From positions 2,852,001 to 2,916,000 of the forward strand of contig JBLDXI010000015.1 in NCBI GenBank assembly GCA_047495785.1: a stretch of 64,000 bases of DNA, written 5' to 3'. The notes beneath the pieces are model-generated. The model saw only the letters and a list, made by a program, of their open reading frames with translations. It ran no database searches and was not told the origin of the DNA. Position numbers and translations under genes: made by a program. This document shows, piece by piece, positions 40,401 through 53,293 of this stretch. Origin of the DNA: Lepidodermella squamata. Its lineage: Eukaryota > Animalia > Gastrotricha. The first letter of the stretch is position 1; the number at the start of each line of letters is the position of its first letter.

Positions 40401-43400
40401 TTCTTTGTAGTTTAATATCTACAACGGCCTCCATGTGGGGCCTACGATATTAGCCCTATTTTTGGCTAGCCGGGCGGGAGCAGCCAGCTTGCTGGACCCC
40501 GTCCACGAGTCGGCCCGGTATTGCAGTACCTCCGGGATTCGGCTCACCCCCTGAAACACGGGGGCATGAAACTAAAAACAAATATCTAGTCTAATTATCG
40601 AGCGTAAAATCAGAGCTCAAAGAATACAGAACTTTAATATTTTAAATCTAATTCTATAGTCTAGTTTTGCTTAATTTAAAGCCAGTTCGTAAACGATTTT
40701 TCAATGATAAATTTCAATGATACCCAATCAGGTTTCAAGCCAGGTTCCGTAGTGTAGTGGTCATCACGTCTCCTTCACACGGAGAAGGTCGCGGGTTCGA
40801 ACCCCGCCGGAACCTAAGCTGGAATTATTTTTCGAGAAAGAACATGTCAGGTTGAAATTGTGAAACGTGTGGCCAAACGTTCCTGATAGTCCTCCAAAAC
40901 CTCAGTTTGAGGATCGAATCCCGAAAATTCCTTGGTGACTTTGGTCTCGTTGCCCGACGATAGCAAGTCTAGACCAGTAGAATGCTGAGCTAACGCCTCG
41001 GCCTGAGAATCAAATAATTTTGTCAATCGATCCAAAATTTTGGCTAATTCTCCCTTAATTTTCCGGCGTGCTCAATTTTTGGGACTCGTCAGGAACGTTT
41101 GAAATTAAGGGCGTTTTCATGGCAGGAAATTTATTTGGCCGTTTCTCTATACTAGAGCTGAAAATTGCAGAAAATAGTTGTGTCCTAAATTTGTCATCTT
41201 TGGCAGCGGAAAACATTTCATTTGATTTTTTTGGCTAATTTTCTCACTTTATTATTTTTCTTAATTTTAGAAACCAAGTCTATTTGCGGCGCGATAAGCT
41301 TGAAGAGCGGATTGAGGTCGATCCCGGGCTTAAAACTCGCGAGATCTGCACCCCTGATCTGATCACAAGCCTCAAGGCCTGTGTCCGATCTGATATGCCG
41401 TCGCGCTGGAACGGCATCATGACGCCCGGCGAGTTGAGCTTGAAATTCGAAAAAACCGACGAGTCCATAAAAGCCATCGAGTTGGAGTTCCAAACCGATC
41501 ACAGCGTTGATTCCGAGGGCAGGCTGGATTCTGTGGATTTCAAATCGTATATCGACCTGCCTGGCGGTAAATACGACCGGAAACTACTGGCCGAGATGCG
41601 AATGTCTCGAAATGACAGGCGGTTGGATGTTAACCTGGAAACGCCGTGGAAAAAAGCGGCGCTCAATGTTAAAATGGCAAATTCTGGCGATGAGACTGAA
41701 TTGTCGGCGTCGTTTGCTATCGGTGAAACGGCGGATGATAAGCGGCGTTATAGTATCGACTTGAGGCGGCAAATTTCAGAAGTCAAAGACGGCACTGGAA
41801 CGTATTTGCGTCATACTTTGGGTGTTGAAGTTACGGTACGTGTACATTTTCAAATTTTACTCCCAATTTCGAGAATTTGCCCTCACGGCGAAGGACGAAA
41901 GGATTCATTTAACATCCATATAACGTTCAATATGAAAATGAGCGTCCAGAATTCACCACAAGTGGCCGAGGCTAGCAAACCCCAATTTGAATTTACGATA
42001 ATCTTATGAAAATTGAAAATATTCAAAATTTGCTGGAAAATCAGAAAATAGGATTATGAATAAGGAATCAGGGGTGCTGCGCAAGTTTGTTTCAAAATTC
42101 AGATTCAAATTCAATTCAAAAGTTATGGATTAGTCCAAATCGTTACGGTACTCTTAGAAATCTATCTTGGAAATGAATTTTCGACTTTCGGAAAACCAGT
42201 AAATGACAACTACCAATTAGTCGAAAAAATTTACTACCGAACAAAAGCAAACAAAAACATTGAAAAAGCCAAACTAATAGTAAGTCAAAGTGGGCCCTCT
42301 GACTCTTCAGATGGCGGACTTAGCCGAACTGAAAACTAAAATAATTTGGAGATGCCGGGGTTTGAACCCGGGACATCTTACATGCAAAGCAAGCGCTCTA
42401 CCACTGAGCTACATCCCCATGTGATAATCAGGGTTAATATACTGCTTGATGTTATCTGCTGTCCTGAATTTTCCCTTAAAAAATAATTGTATCCTAGGTT
42501 CCGGCGGGGTTCGAACCCGCGACCTTCTCCGTGTGAAGGAGACGTGATGACCACTACACTACGGAACCTGGCTTTTCGACCTGGCTACAACCGGGAATTC
42601 ATTCGGATAAAATAATTAAAAACTTAAAAATACTAGTAAAAATTGTTCCCAGACCGGGAATCGAACCCGGGCCGCCGCGGTGAAAGCGCGGAATCCTAAC
42701 CACTAGACCATCAGGGATGTCCAAATTATCATTTGTCTCTACATTATTAGGTTCAGAGAGCATCTCAGTCGAATTAGAAAACATTTAGCTGCCCCCTGTG
42801 AGGATCGAACTCACGACCTCCAGATTATGAGACTGGCGCTCTAGCCAACTGAGCCAAGGAGGCTGCTTGCAAATCTGATAACTTTTTCTTACAATATTTT
42901 CAGAGATCGGACGTCGAAAACCCGATATTGAAAGCATCTGGAAGTGTGACCGATTTCAATGAAACCAAAGAAGTTTCGATTAACGTTGCAAGTTTCCACA
43001 TCCCCGGCTACTACAAACTCGAGAAACCTCTGAAATTTGACGGCTCAATCGGCGACCACAAGGTTCTAGGCTACGGGTTCGTTCTGAAAGGCGAAACACC
43101 GGGTCGTAATTTCGAAACCGAGTTCGGAATCAAACTGGAACCGACTAGTAGCCAGCTGGTGAAGTACAAGCATTTACTCCACCACCAAAGTTTCGTCGGG
43201 TCGAATAAGGATGACGAAAGTCTCCTACTTTGGGAGCTTGAGTACGCTCGGGAAGCCGGCCGCTACCTCCTCCTTAAAAGCGTCTTACGAGCTTCGAACA
43301 TGCCGATGACTGAAAAACTGAACCATCGAATGGCTATCAATGTCGACCGGCCGACTGGGGAGGATTATACGGGAGATATTGAGCTGGAATTAGGTAAAAT

Positions 43401-46400
43401 CGGGCAAGAAGCTCAGCGATATCGATTCACCCAAAAATTGACCCGTCGAGCTATGCCGACCAGTTTTGGGTTCAACTATTCGATGGCGATTTCAGCCCCA
43501 GGAATGGTATGTCGAATCTCGAAAAAATTCCGAAAAAATATGTAAATTTGATTTCAGATTGATCGAGCTTTGTCGATGAAATTCAACCGAGAATGGGAGC
43601 CGTTGTACTTGGTTTCGTTGGAGGGTGAAATTCGACGCGGGGATGTTGCCTTGTACCAAGCGTCTGTGTACACCCGGCGAGATGAGCCCGGTTTTGGCGA
43701 ATTCAAACTCAAAACTTGGTGTGCCTATACCGATTTCCTGATGCATGGCAAAGGCGAACGAATTGATGAAACAACGGCGAAACACTGGTTTAGATTCGAA
43801 CGAAACGGCGATCTCAGGGTGAGTGGAGGAATTTTCTAGCAAAAATATTGCGCCCCTGGTGGGACTCGAACCCACAATCTTTGAATTAGAAGTCCAACGC
43901 CTTGCCATTAGGCCACAAGGGCTACGCATGAGTCATCCTTCAAATCAGTATTTTAAGGTGGAATTTGTACATTGGATAAATTGATAAAAATTTGATTGCG
44001 CCGCCCGGGAGTCGAACCCGGGTCACAAGAATGGGAATCTTGTATGATACCGTTACACTAGCGGCGCTGAACGAAACATTATCATTTGAAATCCTCCTTA
44101 ATAAGAATTTTATAAGAATAAGAAGTGACATACTTGATTACTATTCTTTGAATTTTTTGAATTTTTAAAAAATTCTTCCCATGAGATGTGACTTCGTCTC
44201 TCATTTTAGAGTTTCTGAACCCTTTTCCGTGTATTTTCTTTGCTGGCGTTACTTTTGAGACACGCTGTACATTCCTATAATATTAGCTAAATAATTTCCT
44301 AATATAATTTAAAATCCAGATTTTGGAATGGAATTGAAATTTTCAAAATTTGGGATATTTTTGAAAATTGATTTCAAGCAGCCCTTGTGGCCTAATGGCA
44401 AGGCGTTGGACTTCTAATTCAAAGATTGTGGGTTCGAGTCCCACCAGGGGCGCTACATTTTTAGTTAATTTTAACCGCCTATTTATTCCTCTTCTCTCAA
44501 ATTTTTCAGATAAACTTCGAAAGCATTGGAAAAATCAATGAAGAATCGCATTCAGTTGATGCTAGTTTAGTACTTCTCGGAATGACCCCGCTCACCCTAT
44601 CGTCAAAAGGCTCCGGGATCCCGTTTCGAGGCGTCTACCGCCACGACGCTATTCTAGCATACGGCGCTCGAAAGCTATTTTTCGGCGGAAATACAAACTA
44701 CACGACGAGAAGTGACGATGAAGCGGCGATGGAACTCAGATTCTACCTGGGCGATCTCGAGAAAATGTTCAAACAATACCTGTATTACGAACATATCGGG
44801 AAAAAAGTGACACTCACTGGCATGACGGAACTCGGCGATGATATGTACAAGCTATCCGGCCAATTGAACATGGCTAATCACCGATACGGAATTCTAATCG
44901 AAGGGCCGAGAAGTGCGACTGAAATTCAACTGACTGCGACGGGTGGGAATAACGGCGGTTATGACATCGCCCTTAACCATCAATGCCCGAATGTCGAGGT
45001 CGAAGTGTTTGGTAAAGCGAATTTCGGCCGTTTTAGGTCGGATTTAGTCGGCCAAATGGCGTATAAACGGCCTAAAGATGAGGCTAAAAAGGCGGTTGGT
45101 TTCCACCTAGGCCATCGTGCTGATACTTCGGAGGGTTTAGACCTGTCTTTCACGAGTGGCATTGACGTGAATGGCAAACAGTGGTTTGCTAATTCGAATT
45201 TAACGGTCGTCCCTGGGAAATTCGCGACGTCGTTCGGTCTCGGAAATGGCGATAATTTCCGTCACGCTGTCACTTTTTTGCTCGGTAAAAAGTGGGAAAC
45301 TAGCCAAGTTTTACGACTCGATGGCCAGTTCGAATTCCATTCAACGTCGTTTTCGGTAATTTTATTAAGCTGGATTTTTTTATTTTTTTTCATTAATTTT
45401 TTTTGATAACAGTTCAAGCGCGTGAAGGCCGAGGTTTTTAACAAGCTATCGTGGAATAAAATTACCGGAAAATTCGGTGCGTATGATTCGCTGGTCAAGG
45501 TGATTCATGGCGATTCTGAAGTTTGGTACAGCGTCGATTTGGACACCATGGAGCCGCTTCAAGCCTTTTCGCTTGCTTTCAACGGTGATTCGCCCTACAC
45601 AGATCGAACTGAAGTTAAATTCGCGTACACCGTTAACATGCCGGCTATTACTTTTACGGGTAATGCCCGATATGGCGAGAAAGCCGGTCGATTGCGGGGT
45701 TTGGTCGAGGTAAAACTTGACATTTATTTGAATAATTTCATTGGCTTCTATGCATTTTTAGTATGAATTTGACGAACAATTCGGTTTGGATTTGTCCTAC
45801 AGTGTTGCGGCTTATTCGGCCTCGAGTGAGCATGCTGAAATTTCAATCAGGGGTCAATGCCAGATCGACCCATCCGCTGATTTGAAAAATTATGTGACTA
45901 TCGAAGTCCGCGATTCACCTTATGCCCTTTTTGTAAGTCATTTTTTAATTCAAAAATTCAAAATTTTTAAAATGTTATTCGAATTTATTAAATTTCTTTG
46001 AATTTTTAGAATTTAAATTCAAATTTTTCAAAATTTTAATTAAAAATTAATTTTGATTTATTAAACTTTTTTCAGAGTCATTTCAAATGGCTTGACGATG
46101 TTTTGATCAATGAGCTTGCCCTCCGGACGCCTATAGACGGTTACCGCGAAAATATAGCCAGCTTAACACTGAAAAAGAACAGCGACGTGCTGTACGTCTC
46201 AGATATGCAGTGCAAATTCGGTTCTTACGACATTCGACTCAACGCCTGGGCGACTTTCGAGCAGCAATCGAAGCGTGGCGAGTTCAAAGTCGAATTCAAC
46301 CGAAACATCTACTCGGCCGGATACGCCCTGGACCACACCGAGGAAGAGATGGGTTCGGCGTCCGGCGAAAAACGGCTCAGATTTCGAGTCGATACGCCAA

Positions 46401-49400
46401 TCGATGGTTACCGAACTTCTACAGTCCTAATGTGGTTCAGGCCGTTTTCGAGGGGCCTATCCGGCGTGTCTGCGGTGCTAGGTTTCAGCGATTCTGACCC
46501 TGAAATTACGGAACAAAGAAGTCAGGCTCAAGTCACGTATCAAATCGGTGAAAATTACAAAGGGGGCGTTATGTTATCGTTACGAGGCGAGCGGATTTAC
46601 AGCCCGAATTCCTGGGAATTCTTGCAGGAAGTCTCTTTCATCGCCGAATTACCATTTTCGAATGCTTCAATCGACTTTGAAGCCCGACAGCAGAATTTGA
46701 AACGTAACGGCTGGATCGAATTTCGAACTGAAAATTCTGGGCAGTGGCGGTCGGATTGGCTCGTAACCGGGAATTTATTCCAAGCCGGGTCGATACAGGC
46801 GGAAATTCGCGGCAATTGGCCTGGGCAAAAAAGCGACCCGATTCTGATTAAATTGAACGGCAATCACGCGTTGAGCGAGGAGAAACACCGTGAGGCCAGC
46901 GGTCAATTAACGACAAATATTAAAAATTATGAAAAAATCAGAGTTCAACTAGACGAGACCTTGGATGAAGAGGGCAATATCTTGGCCACGATTTTGGTGA
47001 AATTACCGAACGGAAATTCAATCGAGACCAAATTGACGTTCGGATTTACGATTGATTCGTTGGATTTACGGGTTAATTTGAAGTCACCCTACCCGGTTAT
47101 TGAATCCCTTGGTGCCGAGTTGAGATTCAACGCTGAAGACCAAGCGAAAATCGAATTAGGCCTGAAATTTCATCGAAATGACCGAAAATACGCGTTGGAG
47201 CTGCAATTTTCGAAAACTGACGACTCAATCACTGGCTCTCTCGAAATCGAAACGCCCTTCGATTCGTTCAAAAAAGCGTCTGGGAAATTCAGCCACAAGG
47301 GAAATTTCGAGCTAGGTTGGAAAACTGACGCGAAAATTGCATCGCCAAACGGCTGGGAGGTTGAATTTGAAAGCGCGGCGGAAGAAGCTGGCAATGGGAA
47401 ATTCGTTTCGATAATCGCGAAGAAACCCGGGGATGATGGCTATCGATTGATCATCAACAAGCCAAAAGGCACATTTGAGGCTAGATTACCGACCCATTAC
47501 GGCTGCGCGTTTCATTACGACGGCGAAATTTCGACGGAAGATAACGTGTTTTTCGCATTAAGGCGGCACGGTTCGTGTTTCCCGAACGGTCTAGCCGGAA
47601 ATTTGACCCTGCAACTGAGCGATCCGAAGCAGATATTATTCGTAGCTGAAACTCCAATTTCGAGCTACGCGTCGCTTTATTTGAATACGACATTCGAGTT
47701 CGATGAGGTCATGTACCAAATCGATGAAAAATTACCGCCGATCGGGTTTTATGTGGTGTTCAAACGTGAAGATTCCGCTCTGATTTTCAACACGACTTAC
47801 CTACCAGATGATTCGAAAGCAACTTGCGCGTTATCTTTCGGTGAAATTTCGTTCAAATTCGACGCGTCTTGGGCCGGGGAAGTGGAGAGTTTCGCCAATG
47901 CTATGCTAATCACGCCTTATGTCACTGTTGATGCTCTCCACAAAATCGAAGGTCCGTGGGCGAACCCGACGAAATTCGACTTCAGTCTATCGGCGGCTGG
48001 TTTCAATTTGTACCTTCTCTACGGAAGTTGGGATCTCGAAAATTGGCCGAGTAATTACGAAGTGAAAGTCGAAGGGACGTTTTTGACGAAAGTCACCGAA
48101 ATTGAGGCTTCTGGCTCTATCGAAGATATGTTCAATTGGAAAAACACTTGGGAGTTGGCGTATTTCCGAAACAAATGGAAACTCGACTCGAAAATGGTCA
48201 ACGACCGGCTGGAACTCAACTTCAATCAATTGAAGCCATTCCCGAAAAAAGTAAATCGAAAAATTGATTAGTTTATCATTTTTAATTTCGAAATTAAATT
48301 TCAAATTTTTTCAATTTTTGTCATCAATTTAGTCTGCTGATGTCATCATTACTTTCGGATTCACCGAGATGGGTGATTTGTTCCAGTATGGATGTGTAGT
48401 TCAAATCAAACAAGCCGGCTTTATCACGTGTGTTCTACCTTAATTTTAATCTATTTATTTAATTATTACTTCTAGGAGTTTCAATGCATCGAAAATTGCT
48501 TGGCAAATCAGATTGCCTGAGCTTGGAGGCAGTTTGAGTAAATCGACCCGTGATCTCGTCCAACACCTGTTGTCTAACATTCAATGGGAATCGAATGTTT
48601 TTGTCAATAGGGAGCTTTTGTATTTGTCGAACGGAAATTTCAGCCTTCAACTGCCTGAAAATCTCGAAACTTGGGATAATTTCAAATTTCGCTACGAATC
48701 GGCTCGAGCTTGGTACGACTACAACTACCATGTTATAGTTGCCCTAAAAAAGCCACCAAGTGACGCGGCTAGCGAAGTCAAATTGCTTCTCGAAATCAAA
48801 GAGCAGAAATTAATCGATGTTTTTGCGGAATTACTGCGAAAAAATTTGGTCGATAATTTGAAAATTGATTTCAACGCGCCGAAATCGATGAGTTACGAAA
48901 TAATTCGTGACAAAAGCGACACTAGCAGTGTTAAATTGTCAGTTCTGGCCAATCTCGATCGGGACAGTGACAAAATTGGCACGAGTTGGGATTTGATTTT
49001 CACGCCGAAAGACCCGGCTGAATCGACTGGTTTCGATGTGAATTTACGCGCAACCCGGGCCGAGAAGGAAATGCTGCTGTTCGAGGCTGGTTTCGACCGG
49101 TCTGTTGTCGAGCAGCTCGATGCGAAATTTCACCTCTTCGTTAAAACGGCGAATATGCCGAAAAAGTTTGGCATGAATTCGGGAATTAAAACAACTGGAG
49201 CTGTTCTGGGCGCTAATATTTTGTTCAGCACTTTGACCCGCGATATCAAACTGGTCGCACGGGCTGGGCTGGACATGGACCCGTCGCAGCGGATATTCGT
49301 TGAGGTTCATCACGATTTGGGCGACCCGTCGAAGGCGCTTGATGCCAAGGTCGAATGGAAGGGCGATCTTGTGCTTGGCATTGTGAAATGCGGCGAGAAT

Positions 49401-52400
49401 GTGGTCAACTTCCAAGGCGCGATGAATATCACGGACAGCAAAAACTACGAAATGTCCCTGAAGGTAATTTCAAAATTTGTTATTGATCATTTCGATTTTT
49501 TTAATAATATTTCGATAAATTGATTTGTTTGGTAACCACCAGTAACCACCAAAACCTCATGATGGAAATTTGATCCGTGAGGAAACCTTATATTTAGGGT
49601 GTCAAGGTACTTCCGCAAAATAGAAACTTGGGCACAGACTTTTCCGCCATTGACCTCGTTAATATCGGTCAGGGAAAATCTTACACCGGTACCAAATTTC
49701 ATTTAATTCGATACCTAACCATTTTATTCGTTTTTTAACTGTTTAGGGTTAGGGTTAGGGTTAGGGTTAGGGTTAGGGTTAGGGTTGAAGACTGGGTCTT
49801 CAAATTGGGGATTTGGAGCTGTTTGGAATAATTTGTTACGGAATTCAATGATGTTTGGTACTGAATTCAATAATTTGGTAATGATTTCACTATATCCATA
49901 TCGGTCATACTGTAGCTCGCAGCATCGAGAGAGGCCATGAAGCCTAATTCGCCCGAATCTAGCCGATCGAGCAGGTTTTTGAGGCAAACACGGGTTTTCC
50001 AGTTCGCCCTCTTCACGAATGAGGAGTTCTGATAGGCGCCAAATGCCATTGGCCAGGTTTTGAATGCGGTAGTTCCAACTTTATCCGAAGTTTCAAATAA
50101 GTAGGCGACAATTTATGCAAGAAATTCGTCTTCCACCTTCCACGAAGTTGGTCTTTCAAATGTCTTCATGATAAACGTTGTAGGAGCTCTGATTTTCCTC
50201 GAAAACTTTATACGGGCGTTTCTCCCGCAACTCAACCATCGCCTCTTGTCTTTTCGACCCACTCAGAGGCCGGTTATAAGCCACACTTCCATCATGAGCT
50301 AATGCGCCTTTGCCCAGCAGAACGCCCGGTAGCTGAAGCCGATTTTGGTTGAAATGTCGATTTCTTACCTGTAAGTGCGGCAGCCGTCGGCCTTGCAATA
50401 TGCTGTGCCCTTGATAAGTGTTTGGTCTCCGTTTATATAGCCGTTATCGAAACATATACTTAGCACAAGACGTTGAGCGGTGAATTTCTTCCCAGACGGG
50501 AAAGCCAATCTTTCCTATACAGAAATCGTCCAAAAGCTTCAGGTTCAGGTCGTCATTTGCGGGAACCACTGACTGGATCGCAACGTCATCGAATTCGGCT
50601 CTGATAGCTGCGAAATGGCTACTCAGCAACTCTCGGTGGCAGTATTTTACAAGATCGCGAATATCTTTTTGTGAAGATCAAAATTGCGCAGTTCAAGTCG
50701 AGTGATTTGTGCGGCATTGAAGCGCCCAAACTCGATGGAACGTGTATGGGGAATAGTTGAAAAATCCGAGGTTATTAGGAATTTACCTAACAGACTCCGC
50801 TAGTTGGAATAGATCGGAATCGGATGCGAAAACGAGAAAAATAGAGACAGAGTCAGATGAGCAGTATAATCATCGCAACGATAACCTGAGCGGTAATTTG
50901 CTAAATGCAACACAGTCCGTTTTCTTGGTGTTCAAGTAATGACAGAGAAATTTTTCCCCTTGGGTTCTGGCGGCGGAATGGGTTGAGCCTTGGGAGGATG
51001 GTCTTTGAGAAAATTCTAGCAGTGCGAATTAGATTTTTCAGCCCCTGAATACTTTCGATGCGGCCACGATAGACCTTATCCTTCATATGACCCCAAAGGA
51101 AAAAGTCAAAAGGCGTAAGATCTGGCGATTGAGGCGGCCAAGCGGAAGGACCACTTCTTCCTATCTACCTGTCGGGGAACGCTGATTCAGCCAAGCACGA
51201 GCTGCAAGTGACCAGTTGGAAGACGCTCCATCTTGCTTGAAACAAATTCCTTGGGCCAACGGGCAGATTGAAAGAGAGAGAGCTGAAATTGCAGGACAAC
51301 TCAACTTCACATGAGAACATTGTAGAAATTGAAATTGAAGAATTCAGTAGGAAATTGAGGTAGATCGCAGGTGGGGATATTAAGAGCTAATTCCCTCGAC
51401 CTTCAATTTGCCTTCATTTTACCCAAGAAAAAGGGTGACGAGTGACGAGTGACCCTTCTTCTCGCTTCATCTAGCCTGGAGTAATTTCGCATCCAGTCCG
51501 CGAGCTTCGAAAAGACTTGTTTTTCTTTTTCTTCATTTAGTTGACTGACCTTGTGAGTCTCCACTACATGAAAACACGAAGAAATCGGTTAGAAATACTT
51601 TGTTTCACGGTATAAGAATGTGAATTTGCCCTTGCTTTGTGACATCCAGAAGTAAATTTGAGAATAAGGCGGCCTTCCCGAGGTTCGATGGAGTGCCACT
51701 TAGATTGCGTTCATGGAGTTCTTGATAGGGAAGAATTTGACGTTTCGGATCATGACCCGGTAAAGACTTAAAACCATATCATTACTGATATCAAATTAAA
51801 TTAATAAATTCCAATTAAACTTCGGAATTTGTAAATTTAAAAGTATTATTATCAAAATGTTCAGTCTTTAAATTCGGATATTTTCGATGTTCATCTCACA
51901 GTTAATAGCTCATTCCTTCTCTTTTAGGTGTCAGATAATGACAAGAATACGGCTGATTTTGTATTGCGAAGCCACTGGAACAAGGCGACCCGCAACAACA
52001 CCGTCGATGCCACCTTAATAACAACAAACGGCTATATCTACCTGAACGGCCACCACTACGCCGCCGACCCGATTCGAAGCCGCGGCCTTCTCATCCGCTA
52101 CCACCGCGCCGATTGGCCAGAAGGCGTTGAAACCGTTCTGTGGACGTATGGCGAGGCAGATTTAGCGACGCCCTCCTTAAATTTCCAGCTGCTAACCCCG
52201 TTCCGCACCGCTGATTACCGGTTGATGACTGAACGTCGCGATAACGGCGTGAAGGAGTTCAAAATCCGGCTGATCGGCGACCAAGGCCGGCGGTCTAGTG
52301 TTAACATCGAAACTGACCCAACCCAGCCGTCGTTCGACCTCATTTCAATCCGACCCGATGGCAGCCGGTACAAAATTCACGGGCATGTTGTCAGCACCCA

Positions 52401-53253
52401 ACAGGGCTTTTTCGAGGTGAAATGGACGCCGGGCGAGAATCGCGGGTTCAACAATTTAGCCCGAATTTCCGTCAATCTCGACCAGCGATTTTTGAATTCG
52501 ACCTTACGTTACGACACGAAATTGGTCGATATGATCAAAACTTGGGTGGTTGATCGCAAAAATGAGATTGGCGAGGTTGTCACGCGATATCAAGAGCACA
52601 TACCTGAGGGCTTTAAATCAGTTCGGCATATCAAGCTGTTGGATGAAATTATAATGCCGTTTATTAACACTACGGCTGAGGACAGGCGCCAGTTGATTGA
52701 GAACGAGCGGAATGAATGGCGAGCTATTGCGAAGGAGTGGTTCGCTAGCCAAGACACGGCGAATATTTTCGGCAGATCTCTGCCTGGTTTTGTTGGTCCT
52801 CTTCTGGAACGATATTTAGAGGAGAAAAGGTATTTTGTTTAAATTTATTTCTCAAGTTGAAGCTGTATTTTTTTAATTTATAAATAATTTTACTTTTTCA
52901 ATTTTGGTATATATTTTATATTGAGATAGCCAATAATTTTTCATTTTATTTCTCGATTTATATTTTCATTGTATTTAAATTTTATGAATAATTTCGATTT
53001 TTCAATTTTTCTTATAATTTTTTGTGTGCCCCGTTCCCTTAATTATTATTCACATTCATTTTGCTATATTATGCGCATTTGAGTTGCGTATTAAGTGAAA
53101 GCATTAAGTGTGTGTGTATACTATTCGCATTAATAAATAGAGGATTGTTGTTGTCACCTTAAAAGCGGCGTTCTACTATATAAGATGCACCGGCGCGTTG
53201 ATATAATAGCGTAAATTTTTCGTTAGAATACCAGCGGCTTCTGTGGCGCAATT

Positions 53254-53293
<40 letters not shown>

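Noticed and set aside
49743-49786. True telomere or chromosome-breakage site
   Set aside because: Only seven units, inside an intron of an intact gene, with homologous transposon DNA continuing on both sides.
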